Assembly: GCF_040938485.1 (NCBI RefSeq)
Contig: NW_027270907.1
Coordinates: 1,302,001-1,366,000, forward strand
Length of the DNA: 64,000 bases
Direction of reading: 5' to 3'
Origin: Diadema antillarum
Lineage: Eukaryota
Position numbers and translations under genes: made by a program. Positions 1-12,300 of this stretch are shown here, in pieces. The notes beneath the pieces were generated by a model. It made no database searches. It saw only the letters and a list, made by a program, of their open reading frames with translations, and was not told the DNA's origin. How positions within the stretch are numbered: position 1 is the first letter of the stretch; every line of letters starts with the position of its first letter.

Positions 1-291
1 AAAACTTTATATCCTCGAATGTGAGAACGTTAAGCCGTTCCTCCTTTGAAAGAACTTTAATTCCATTAACATTGGTTTAATATTGACAACATGAATCGTT
101 GGTATTATCGAACAATTAATCTCACAATTTATGTGTACAATATATATTTGTTCATATACTAGTGTATTAACATTGTACTATACATAAATATTGTTAATGT
201 ATATAATGTTATATCGTATATATTATATATTATACTATATATTACATATTATGTATTATATATTATATGTCGTATGAATATATGTGTATAT

Positions 292-878
292 GTGACCCTG
301 CATCCCAAAACCAACAAAAAGTCGCCAGACATGGATTTCTAGCTATGAGCAGATACAGAAAGAGCAGATTTCAAGCTTTAGTATGATGTATAACCCATCT
401 AAATATCGGAAGAAAGTACACACTCTGGAATAGTGTGAACTGAGAAAAGAGCCTCTGAATTACAGAGGTGTGCGATGAATGGGACACAAACATGATGTTA
501 ACCACCAGAGCAACGACAATGAAGGGATTATCGGATTAAGCTGAAACACATTCTGCCCATGATTAAAGCCAACTTTCAAAGCAGTTAACATTATCCTTTC
601 TAAAGTTATTAGAGTTGAAAGTGAAGAGTGTGTATAGGGTTTTTAAGAAATGAAAAGACACATTTAATCACACTATTTCACAAAAACAGTGTCCAAGAAA
701 AAACTGCTAAAAACACAATTTCCTGTACGTTTTATGATCCAAAACTTCAGCATAATGAAATAAGGAAGGAAATATGAAAAACCTCAAGTTTGACTAGGTT
801 GTCCCGTTTCATTTATTTTCAGGCCTCACACAAAATCAGTATGTGCGACTTTTTGTTGGTTTTGTGATGCACGGTCAC
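292..878. mobile_element. Non-autonomous DNA transposon (MITE), ~590 bp, ~35-bp TIRs
   Basis: Left end GTGACCCTGCATCCCAAAACCAACAAAAAGTCGC; reverse complement of right end GTGACCGTGCATCACAAAACCAACAAAAAGTCGC; no ORF; related copy at 46757-47604. Confidence 0.85.
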
Positions 879-1028
879 TTATATAAATATGCCAGTTGGA
901 ATATTTATCCTTGTATGATGCACAACGGAAACAAGTTGCTTGTACTTCTTCATAATTTCTTGCCTTATAAAATTTAGTGTCCACAGATATAACGAAACAA
1001 ATTTATCATCGTCAACTAGAATAAGCAG

Positions 1029-2369
1029 ATGATGGCTACACTGGATGCATTCATCATTTTCGTGACCTTGCTGGCAACGCGTTGCAGAATGTCTGCTCAA
1101 AACTTGACATCCGTCGACTTTCCAGAAGTAGAGACAGCCACAACACCGGAAGCTGATTTTGCAGCTTCAAATTCAACAGCCACATCACGGAACGGACTCG
1201 GAACCGCTGTTGTACAACGGACAATGTTTGTTACAAAGTTGCAAACAGATTCATTGTCGCATGGAGTCGAGAATAAGTTTTCATCGTACACGCCTGGAAA
1301 GGGGCAGGTCGACACAACACTTTACGATGACATTAAAGCACAGGGCAGCAGTGGAACTCATACGATACCTTATATCGTCGCTGATTGGGTGTGGCAGCCG
1401 ATCACGTGGTCACTGCGAATTGGAATCCAGGTAATCCTGTCGGTGCTCGGTATCGGCGGGAACGCGCTTGTCATGGCGGTACTGTTACGTCGCGGTGCGG
1501 GAAGAAGCTCCGCCGACATTCTCGTCTTGAATCTTGCTACATCGGACTTTCTGACGTCTGTCTTTAATTTTCCAGTCCCGGTCGCGATTCACGTCCCGAA
1601 AACAGCCACTGGTGAAATGTATTGCCGTTTTGTTTTCACCTCATTCTTCCTTTGGGTAAGCATCGTAAGCTCAATCTTCACGCTGACTGCAGCATCACTA
1701 GAGCGATATGCCGCAGTTGTCCACCCCATCCGATGGAACCGCTACAAGAGACGCCAACACGTAAATTTTGGCCTCATTCTCATTTGGTTTGTTGCCGCAA
1801 TCATGCCCATCGATCTCCTTATCGCAACTGGCGTTGACGAGGCGTCGAGGTCTTGCCAAGTTGAGCATGCAACCTACGCGGGACAGGTCGTCCTTGCAAT
1901 TGTTTCTTTCGTTCTCAACTTCTTGATTCCGGCCTCGACAATGTTGGTAACACAGCTTTTAGCTGCTCGCGCTCTTTACAAGCAATCCAAACGTTTTACA
2001 GGAACCTGTGAAAGTGGCAACCACTCTACTGCATCGTTCAGACATCTTGTGGCCATGAATCGAGTTTTGGGAATGCTCTTAATCGTAATCATTATCTACA
2101 TTGTGTGCTGGGGTCCGAACTCCGCTGCTTTTTTCCTGTATAACTTACATGTCCTAGAGTCCAGCTTTCTCTATGGACCAGTTGATCGTGTGCTTACGGT
2201 ACTAGCCCTGTTTAACTCTTGCGCCAATCCCATCGTATATTTGGTCTGGAACGCACAATTCCGCTCAGCTCTCGTAAAATTCTTTACCTGCACTAAGATA
2301 AGTAACATTGCACTCTTCGGCTTGCAAGACGAATCAACCCGAAACAGCCACACTGAAAATATTGAATGA
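1029..2369 (+). CDS. Class A (rhodopsin-like) GPCR, array copy 1; peptide-receptor-like (galanin/allatostatin-A-like) or expanded chemoreceptor-type
   Basis: 446-aa ORF, 7 hydrophobic segments; GGN (TM1), LATSD (TM2), YC...ERY (TM3), W (TM4), ECL2 Cys, CWGP (TM6), NSCANPIVY (TM7), FR helix 8; hydrophobic signal-like N-terminus and N-x-S/T sequons. Confidence 0.95.
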   Translation: MMATLDAFIIFVTLLATRCRMSAQNLTSVDFPEVETATTPEADFAASNSTATSRNGLGTAVVQRTMFVTKLQTDSLSHGVENKFSSYTPGKGQVDTTLYDDIKAQGSSGTHTIPYIVADWVWQPITWSLRIGIQVILSVLGIGGNALVMAVLLRRGAGRSSADILVLNLATSDFLTSVFNFPVPVAIHVPKTATGEMYCRFVFTSFFLWVSIVSSIFTLTAASLERYAAVVHPIRWNRYKRRQHVNFGLILIWFVAAIMPIDLLIATGVDEASRSCQVEHATYAGQVVLAIVSFVLNFLIPASTMLVTQLLAARALYKQSKRFTGTCESGNHSTASFRHLVAMNRVLGMLLIVIIIYIVCWGPNSAAFFLYNLHVLESSFLYGPVDRVLTVLALFNSCANPIVYLVWNAQFRSALVKFFTCTKISNIALFGLQDESTRNSHTENIE

Positions 2370-4189
2370 TTCCGTTATTAGACACCCCTTTGCTTTGGAT
2401 AAATGTAATCTCAAAATTTTGATCAGTAAGCATTGTTTGAGATGCACTAAGTACCAATATTTTTTTTTTCAAGTAAGTACCAAAATTTTCCAAAATTACC
2501 ACCAAAAAAAATCAAATTATGAATTTATTACGATGTCAAACGTGTGGCCTTATTCTAACATGCACCATTTTAGATACTTATTAGCAGAAACAACAAAAAA
2601 GCCATGAAAACGCGCCGTCGACGTATTCAGTTTTTTTCGTCCATTACGACTGGGTCGAAGTGTTATTATACACACACATTTGCAACAGTAAGATATATTC
2701 AAGTTCGATGAGATAGAATGGAGTAAAGATTATCAAACGGAATATGGACAAGTAAAAAGTATTAAGCATAAAAAGAAGGATTAGAAAATTATAATAGAAC
2801 TTTAAGAATACCGATGATGCTTGTTATTTCGAAAGTTTGTTGATCTGAAAATTAACTAAGGTTCGTTATTCTGAAGGTTCTAATTTCGAAGAACACAATT
2901 TTCCTTTACCAAGACGTTCGTTAATCCGAATATGAAATAGTGTTCGTAAATCGGAGCATTTATGTGGACTTTTATTTATGGGACTTCCATATGGACTTGG
3001 GCCATGAAGTTAATTTCTTTCTTTTTTCTTTATGAAAGATGGAGTTTAAACCAAACCCTATAATGTCACAATAACGTATATGTATATATCCTCTCTCTCT
3101 CTTATTTGTCTTTCTTTTTTTAGGGGAATATGGCTTTAGAGTGATTTCAGATATGTCAACAACATCTGTTTCAAGCTTTTTCACAACAATGGAAAAAAAA
3201 ACAGTTTTGGGAATACGTCAAGATTGTTGAAGTTACCCTCATAATGCTTAAAGGCAATAGCAAACCACTGATAACATCAAATTCACTTATTAAAAGAGAA
3301 AGTGGTCCTCCCATCTGCACTAACTGTGTGGCAACATCCTTATCAATTATAGACACGTCAGCCATGTCAAATCAAATTAAATTCGCATTTAGACCACCTC
3401 AAAATATTAAAGAGATACATAGGATTTGCGCCACTTGTCCAAAAAGTGGCCAGATTCAGTAAAATGAACGGAATGGATGAGAATTGATTAATGAAGTGTG
3501 CCAAAGGATGCCGTTATAAAGCTCATATCATAACAAGAAAATATGATCATATAAAGCAAACAAAGACAGAATGAACGTGTGTGTCTTTACGAGTTTTGCT
3601 CTTTAATTTGTTTTTAAAAAAAGTTGTGTCAACCAAAAGATGGCATGCGATTTTTTAAACACTGCATTACGATAATGAATTACCCAATTGCTCCGCATAA
3701 TTAAACAACAATCATAAATATGAAAGAACGCTTGCTTGTGGAAAGAAGTAGCCATTAGCACATAAACTTTTTAGCAAAATCTTTTTCATTTAATGACATA
3801 ATGAATAATAAGATGGAATCATGATATTTGCGTAACATTTCTGGCCAGAATTAACCAATAAATAAAAAGCACTTTAAGACTTATTTTTTTTTTATTGCAG
3901 TATTAGCTTATTAGCTTACTGACCACTTTTTTTAATTTAGAAAACAAAAAGTATTTGTACCATCTACTTTTGTTATGTTTTGGCAAAGCTCTTAATGAAG
4001 GTAAAAAATTTAGGGCTGTCGTGTTTAAGAAAGAATACATGTTATCTTCTTTCATTTCTCTCAAGAATAGTTAGTAATAATGAAATAGTATATGAGATTT
4101 TTATGGCCCTATTATTATCGTCATAAACATATCTATTATTTGTTGATTAAGTGCTAATTGCCTTTTAGGACATACAGAGGTAGAAATAA

Positions 4190-4269
4190 TGACAAGAGAT
4201 CTTGTTATTGTTTCTAAGATTGATCTTACTTTCAAAAACAAACAAACATGGAAACACATAAAACGCGCG

Positions 4270-4321
<52 letters not shown>

Positions 4322-5485
4322 TATTGGGTCGTAAAGTTATAGACACGGTCCTGAGAAATAATCTTTACAAATATCAGTCGTGTAATTCCTCTTGGACACA
4401 TACCAACAAAAAAAAATGAAATTGAAACGTAATGAAAAATTGCCTTCTATAAAATGCAAGCATTTTCATCTGTCCATCACAACAAGAAAAGAGCTCCATT
4501 AGGGCTGACTTTGCTGCACTTGATGATTGTAGCGGTAATGTTTTTTGTGTGTGTGCGTGTGTGTGTGTGTGTGTGTGTAGATGTTGTAGTTGATGTGGTT
4601 AATTCTAGACGTGCCATATAAGTATCATACTCAATTACTACTACCTTTACTTTAGTTGAGTTCTTCTGCGCAGAGTTAAAAGCATTTGCCATTCTTAGCC
4701 ACCATTTAAGAGTATGACTCAATACTATTCCCGCAGTTTTCTTGACATTGTCCCTTATTGATTTATTGATCCCCCTCACTGCCGCAGCGGCTGTTATATC
4801 TTGAAAAGAATGGTTCAAAAGTAATCCTTCCCTAGGTACAATATGACAATTAAGAAATGGTCTTCATTTGATCATCTGTCCAACTTCATGTTGGATATCT
4901 AAACCAAAAGGCCTACGAGAGATTTTTTTTTCTTCCGATTGCTGCCTAAAAGTATCTTTACTTCCTTCTTTCAAAATTGCTTTACATGTGGAAAGAGCAA
5001 TGGCATCTCAAAAGAAGTTTTCTTGGCTGGGGTCATCCCATGTTTTGTAAGTTTTCAACCCATTACCTGGCAAAATAGAAAAAAAAAACACTAAGAAAGG
5101 GTATAAGACTCGGTGAGTGGCAGTTTGGTTTTCAGATGTGGTATCAATCTTTCTTGAGTGTTTCCAATCGGGTGGAGATTGCAAGCTTCTGGTCAAATTG
5201 GCTTGATAGAATACATCATGGAGATCTGGTGATCTGCCGAAAATTTTCTCTTAGATTGATATCATTCTGTCATTTCACTTTTGAAAGCTTTTCTAACAGC
5301 ATTTGATAAATACCATACCTCTGCGACTAAATGACATCTGTGGGAACATATATTCGACAGGATCTCCACGACTTCTTTCGCTGATTTATCATATTTTCAT
5401 CGTTTTATCGTATTCGGCTTCAAAGGTATTTTCTTCAAGAACATTTTGTCATCCTTTCGATGTTTTTTCCATGTATATGATAAAT
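4190..5485 (-). pseudogene. Upstream partner module, unit 2 (decayed or non-coding spliced minus-strand gene)
   Basis: Homologous to modules before genes 3-7; minus-strand acceptor TGCAG|ATT (CT at 5486-87 on +) and donor-like AAG|GCAATT (4442-43); ORF fragment 4477-4818 ...KSIRDNVKKTAGIVLSHTLKWWLRMANAFNSAQ... Confidence 0.55.
4264..4317. repeat. (CG)n(CA)n microsatellite
   Basis: Direct reading; a CA-rich tract recurs at the same position in the other modules. Confidence 0.95.
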
Positions 5486-6216
5486 CTGCATGTGTACAAT
5501 GTGTTTCATAACAAAATTACACTATGTACTGAACAATTTCTAATTTGCTAAAATCATTTTTAGTGGCAAAACCGTTTATCGAGAAGCAGTAGGTTTTTCT
5601 ATTACGTGAAACCAGAGAATGCACACAAATATACAAATATTAGTACATAGGTTATTCTTAATAAAGAATAAAGAATTTGTTTTTCCCCACGGTGGAAATA
5701 TAGGTCTTCCTACCCTTTCATTAATACATTTGTATGTCATGTTTTCATAAATTTTTGTTAACTGAAACTAGATCAACTGCAAGTCCAAATTTGCTCAAAA
5801 TTGTACATTTGTACAAGATTGTAAATTTTACTGAATTATAATTCTTAAAGAAAAACTTACATTCTCCTCGTGTCCCATCTTTCAGGCACAGCCAAAATAC
5901 CCATCAATTTATGTTTTGCGCGGTAGCAAACCGTCCCCTTCTTGGAATGATGAGGTATTGAGGGAAGATCTTTAAAAGAATCGGATTAATTAGCTCTATG
6001 TTTGATGACGCTGGTTACCCATAATTTTAATCATTAACGGTATCAAATCTTCCACAACCCCCCCCCCCCCCCAAAAAAAAGGAATCCACTAATCAAGTTT
6101 TACATTCAACATTGTCTGGAATATAATGATATAATATATGATTTTTTTTTCTCTCCACAGACAAACACAAAGATAATCTGTACATTTTTTTAAAGATCGA
6201 CTTAAATTAACAAAGC

Positions 6217-7542
6217 ATGGCAACACTGGATGCTTTCTGCACTTTCGTGATCCTATTGTCGACATCTTGGAGACCGTCTGCTCAGAGCTCAACATCCGCC
6301 AACGATCTAGAAGTCGAGACAGCTACCGCACTGGAAATTGACGTTGCTGCTCAAAATTCAACAGACATATCACGGGACGGGCTAGAAACTACTGTTCTCC
6401 AACGGACAACTTTTGTAGCAGAGTTGCAAACGGACATAATGTCGCTTGGGGCTGATTATGCATACGTGTCCGGAGAAAATCAGAAAAGCGCAACACGTTA
6501 CAACGATATCAGAGAACCGTGGAGCAGCGGGACCAGTATGACACCTTATTTTGTGACCGGTTGGGTGTGGCAACCGATCACGTGGTCATTGCGGATTGGA
6601 CTCCAGGCTTTCCTCTCCGTGCTTGGTATCGGCGGGAACGCGTTGGTCATGGCGGTTCTGTTGCGTCGCGGTGTGGGAAGAAACTCCGCTGACACTCTCG
6701 TCGGGAATCTTGCAGCAGCGGACTTTCTCACCTCCGTCTTCATATTCCCGATCCCGGTAGCTGTTAGCGTCCCGAAAACAGCCATTGCGGAAATGTATTG
6801 CCGTTTTGTTTTCACCTCATTCTTCCTGTGGGTAAGCGTCTTTAGTTCGATCTTTACGCTGACTGCAGCATCGCTAGAGCGATATATCGCAGTGGTCCAC
6901 CCCATCCGTTGGAACCGCCACAAAAGACGCCAATACGTGAATTTAGGCATCGTTCTCATCTGGTTTGTTGCCACAGGCTTGTCCATCGATCTCCTACTCA
7001 CAACCGCCGGTAACGAGGCTTCGAGTTCCTGTCGAGTAAAGCATCTAACCCATGTGGGACAGATTGTCCTTGCAATTGTTTCTTTCGTTTTCAACTTCGT
7101 AATTCCGGCCTCGACAATGTTAGTCACACAGCTTTCAGCTGCACGCGCTCTCTACAAGCAATCCAAACGTTTTACAGGCACCTGCGAAAGTGGCGACTAC
7201 TCTACTGCATCGTTCAGACACCTCGTCGCCATGAATCGAGTTTTGGGAATGTTGCTAATCGTAATCATTATCTTCATTTCGAGCTGGGGTCCGAACGCCA
7301 CTGTTTTTTTCTTGTATAATCTACGTGTCCTCCACTCAAGCTTTCTGTATGGACCAGTTGATCGTGTGCTTACGGTACTAGTTTTGTTTAACTCTTGCGC
7401 CAATCCCATCGTGTATTTGATCTGGAACTCTCAATTCCGCGCAGCTCTCGTTAAATTCTTCACCTGCACCAAGATAAGTACTACTGCCCTGTTTGGATTT
7501 CAAGAAGAATCTACCCGAAATAGCCACACTGAAAATGTTTAA
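6217..7542 (+). CDS. Class A GPCR, array copy 2
   Basis: 441-aa ORF collinear with copy 1; LAAAD, ERY, SWGP, NSCANPIVY; CAAAGCATGG start context. Confidence 0.95.
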   Translation: MATLDAFCTFVILLSTSWRPSAQSSTSANDLEVETATALEIDVAAQNSTDISRDGLETTVLQRTTFVAELQTDIMSLGADYAYVSGENQKSATRYNDIREPWSSGTSMTPYFVTGWVWQPITWSLRIGLQAFLSVLGIGGNALVMAVLLRRGVGRNSADTLVGNLAAADFLTSVFIFPIPVAVSVPKTAIAEMYCRFVFTSFFLWVSVFSSIFTLTAASLERYIAVVHPIRWNRHKRRQYVNLGIVLIWFVATGLSIDLLLTTAGNEASSSCRVKHLTHVGQIVLAIVSFVFNFVIPASTMLVTQLSAARALYKQSKRFTGTCESGDYSTASFRHLVAMNRVLGMLLIVIIIFISSWGPNATVFFLYNLRVLHSSFLYGPVDRVLTVLVLFNSCANPIVYLIWNSQFRAALVKFFTCTKISTTALFGFQEESTRNSHTENV

Positions 7543-7964
7543 TGATTCCGTTATCAGAGACCCGGTTGCTTTAGACAAAATATAATCTCAAAATGTTGAT
7601 CTGTTATCAGCATTGTTTTAGTCGCACTAACTTGTTTCATTTGTTTCCATCAGGTAAGGAGCAAACTGTCCAAATTGCAAGAAAATAATTATAAAACATA
7701 TTACGATTTCTAACACATAGCCCATTTTGGAGTGCAGTTTTTTTTTTTTCAAAGACATAGTGGCAGAAACATCCCATCCCGCCCCCAGAAAAAGTTGTTA
7801 CACATATTTGCAACACGGAGACATTTTCAAGTTTGACGAAATTGAATGGAGTAAAATCTGACAGATTTTTATAAGAAAATACGAAAATAATGGAAAGAAC
7901 ACAAAAAAAAATATTAAAGGACGTTAAGAATACGGGTGATGTTTGTTTGTTAGTTTGGTCAGAT

Positions 7965-8220
7965 CCGATATTCCGAAAGGTCCTCTTTTTTGAAACAAAT
8001 ACATTTCCTCGGTGTTGATATTCGGTCATCCGAAAATAAAATAGGATTCATTGACCCAAAATTAAAAGAAAGTGCGTACTAATGACCTTCATTTCATTTT
8101 AGGATTAACGAACCTTCGGAATATCGAGCATCATTTCAGTTAACGGCTTAATCAAGCTTCGAAATAACGAACCTTATTTCATTTTATATTAACGAATGTT
8201 TGGAATGGCGAACTGTAATG
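7965..8220. mobile_element. Degenerate fold-back/MITE remnant built from CGAAGGTTCGTTAATCCGA-type motifs
   Basis: Motifs in both orientations (GATCCGATATTCCGAA... / ...GGATTAACGAACCTTCGGAATATCGA); related motifs at ~2855-2955 in the homologous 3' flank of gene 1. Confidence 0.45.
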
Positions 8221-9369
8221 GAGAATGCAATATTTTCTCTCAAGGAACGATGGATTAATTGATCTCAGCTAGACATCTAAATGAAATGAGGGGATGATGT
8301 CACACGGCTTACATCTCTCAGTGGCTTCATGCAACTCTTATTTAGATTATTGTCTGTATGTGAAATGCTGAAATACTCTGCGTTTAGATTTTGCTTCCCT
8401 TTGTAATTACTATGATATTTCCCGTCCCAAGTTGTTTAACCTTTTGAAATCAATTTGATAGGAAATACAATAGCATTTGTAGTTAAAGCATCCTTTCCCT
8501 GTGTTCTTAATCAGATTGAACTGATTTATCACTAGTCCTTTGAATATGTTAAATACGTACGCAAGAGATTCTCAAAACGAATTTTAGGGACTCCAAATCC
8601 ACCAACAACAACAAAAAAATACAGAGAATAGTACTGATTATTCATGTTAAACATTTGATAAATTGTAAAAACCATTGTATATAATAATTGTAGTCATGTA
8701 TAAGATGAACTTGAATAAATAATCCTACATTAAGATAATCTAAAAATACTTGCATGTATGCAATTCAAACCCTGGTATCGTCAGTGCATATTTCTTTGCT
8801 TAGTTTTTGTTTCTGTTCCACCACGTCCTCCATCTTTATAACAAAAAAAAAATGAGTTTCTAATCCTGAAATATGAGGAATGCATTTCATATACAATTCA
8901 TATGTCAAGTGAATATACATTTCAATTCAGTTCATTGCCAATTTGTTTTCATTCTACGACGAGAATATAGACATTTCGCTAATTAGTCCAGTCAATCTAG
9001 CGATTTTTAGGGGGTAACCCATCACTAATTGCAACAGTAGGAATTTCACTGCAGTGCAAGTCGTTGAGGCCTCCCGAACACCATACTAAAAGTCCCAAAA
9101 AATCCAGCGGGGCAAAATAGTAAAATTTGCATAATATGCAAATTAGCACCTGAAATGAGAGGAAATTGACAGATCTCATCTTCCCGTTATCAAATTTTAA
9201 GGATTTAAATGTATAAACTTATATTTTGTAGGTCAATGAACACGATAGATGCCTTTTCGAATTGGTCGTACAAACATAATTTACATAAAATGCAAATTAG
9301 CGGTAACTGTAAGAGTACATTCATAACAACAGTACTCACGTTGGCATAATGCACGTTTTGCATATGGGG

Positions 9370-12300
9370 ACGCGGGGTTGAGGGGGTAACTTTGGGCGCC
9401 TCCCAAGGGGCCGCTTTATATGTGCACCACTTTTTACTATATAAGTATTGTAAAGCAATGTCTCCTGTATTAATTACATTGCATTTCTTGAAAACAAAAA
9501 TACCCTTGCTATGAGGCACGATCAAATTTTGACAGTATGTACGTTTGGAACATATATTCGCGTTATATGATATTATAATATGTTTTCTATATTGCAAGAT
9601 GATAAAGGGCATTTCGGGGGCGCACGCCACAGGGTCGCCCTTCAATAAGTACCCTCTTTATTGTGTAGATCTTGTAAAGCAAATCTTCTTCTATCATTTT
9701 CATGACTTTTCATTTATATAAGAGTGTATTTGCTGTATTGCTGGACCTACTTTTAAAACCATTCACGCTAGAACAACTGCATTTGCGTTGCTAATATCCG
9801 TATTTTGTCATAAAGGGCGTGAGCGTAGGTGTAACTTTAGACACCTCCCCAGAGATTACCTTTGCATGTCCACCTTTTTGACAATGTAGTTATTGTAGAG
9901 CAATGTTTCCTCTATTAATTAGTTGCATTTTTTTTTTTGGAAACAAAAGTGCCTTTGCTATACGGCACGATGGAATTTCGAAAACATGTACGTTTGGAAC
10001 ATATATATATGAAGGGTTTGTTTGCAAAAACCGATAAGTCCATTTTTGAAGATTTTTAAAGTACGTTCTCTGTCAAAAAGTACAAAATAATACCTTTTAA
10101 ATGATATATTGGTCACTACATATAAAGGTATATTTTTGAAGTTATGGTCAAAAGAAGCAAAGATTTTCTTATTATTCTGTTTATTTTTCTTGACCTTTAA
10201 TCGCAAATATCTCCATTTGGCAAATATGGACTTATCGGTTTTTGCAAACAAACTCTTCATATATTCGCGTTATATGATATTATATGTTTTCTATATTGCC
10301 GTGAGGGTGGAGTATTTTTGGCACATCCCACAGGGTTGCCGTTTGATGCGCACCCTCTTTAGTGTATAGATCTTGTAAAGTTAAGTTTCTTCTATCATTT
10401 TCAAAACGTGTCATCGATGAAAATTGTATTTGCTGTATTGCCGGGACTACTTTTACAACCATTCACGCTAGAACAACGGTATTTGCGTTGCTAATATCTG
10501 TGTTTTGTAATAAGGGGGCGTGAGCGTAGATGTGAATTTGGACACTTCCCAAGGGATTACTTTTGAATGTTCTCCCTTTTGACGATATAGTTATTGTAGA
10601 GCAATGTGTCTCCTCTATTAATTAGTTGCATTTCTTGGAAACAAAAGTTCCTTTGCTATCCAGCACGATGGATATGGATATGGATATGGATATGCACGTT
10701 GTATATGTTTTCTACGTTGCCGTGAGGGTTGAATATTTTTGGCACGTCCCACAGGGTTGCCATTTAATGTGCATCCTCTTCACTGTAAAGATCTTATAAA
10801 GTTAAGCCTCTTCTATCATTTCCGTGATTTTTCATTGATAAATAGTGTATTTGCTGTATTGCCGGGACTACTTTTAAAACCATCCACGCTAGAACAATAG
10901 TGTTTGCGTTGCTAATATCTGTGTTTTGTCTTAAGGGGGCGTGAGCGTATAGGTGTAAGTTTGGACCATTCCCAAAGGATTGTCCTTTAATGTTCACCCT
11001 TTTGACAATGTAAAGGGATGTCTCCTCTATTAACTACAATGTATTTTTGAAATCAAAAGTGCCCTTGCTGCATGGCATGATCGAAGTTTGAAACATGTAC
11101 ATTTGGAATATATAGTAGGGCCTATATTCGCGTTAATGATATTCGATGTTTTCTATATTGCCATGAGGGTGGGATACTTTGGGGCACATCCCACAGGATT
11201 GGCATTTAATGTGCATCCTTTCACTGAATAGATATTGTGAAGCAATGCTTCTTCTATCATTTCCACGACATTCATTGATATAAAAGTGTGTAGCTGTATT
11301 GCCGGAACTACTTCTATGAAGACCATGCACCAAAGAACGTCAGTATTTGCGTTCATAGTATGCGTGTGTTGTAATTACGGGGCTTGAGCGGAGGTGTAAT
11401 TTTGGACACTTCCCAAGGGATTGCTTTTAAATGTTCACCCTTTTGACAATAAAGTTAATGTAGAGCAATTTTTTCTTCTTTTAATTATATTGCATTTCTT
11501 GAAAGCAATAGGGCACTTGCTGTACAACCGTTGGAAAATTGGAACATATTCGTGCTAAATGATAGTGCATGTTTCCTATATTGCCCTGGGGGTTGGATGA
11601 TTTGAACACATCCCACTCGGTGGCCTTTGAGTGTGCACCCCTTTGACTATATGAATATTGTAAAGCAGTGTCCCTACCATTTAAAAATCATGAAAAGTAA
11701 AGTGTTTTTATTTACAACCCGGCAAAACGACTTTCTACATGCATGTACAACTGAATTTGCTTTGGCATATAATGCATGTTTTGTTAACCTGTTTTGGGAC
11801 CACGAAGGTCAGGATAGGGGTGATTAGGGCACTTCCCAAGGGCTTGCGTTTGAATGTCCAACTTTTTGACAAGATAGATATTGTAAAGCAACGTCTCCTG
11901 TATTACCTGAATTGCATTTTACGGAAATAAAAGAGTATGTGCTAGACAGGCGGAAGAACTTTTCAGAGGCATGTACCCATGGAACATTTTTTCGCTGTTG
12001 TATATACTGCATGTTTTTCATTGCCTTTAGGATGCGTTGGGTCTCTGCAAGTGAACCCTTTGGACTGTATAGATATCGTAGATCAATGTTGTTATTTTAT
12101 CTTTACTCCGGCAATCTTTATACAAATAAAAATGTCTTGATATGGCAGGAATTCAATTCAATTCTTATTTCATTTTTCGACAAGAACATAATATAGACAT
12201 CACTTTTTTTTTGTAACAGAAAAATTGAATGAGGTGCGTAAAACTATGTAGGATGAAAAGAATGTTCAATGATTGTAGCACCTTACGATAATTATACATA

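Noticed and set aside
4660-4700. Resemblance of module MANAFNSA / TTTAACTCTGCGC to GPCR TM7 LFNSCANP, suggesting an inverted GPCR pseudogene
   Set aside because: Similarity limited to ~14 nt; no NPxxY, ERY or TM pattern in the flanking translation
6546-7127. 193-aa minus-strand ORF, and similar antisense or off-frame ORFs at 20734, 28134, 35319, 58095, 57993 and others
   Set aside because: Shadow frames of the GPCR CDSs; K/T/N-rich composition is the antisense image of hydrophobic codons, and lengths vary freely between paralogs
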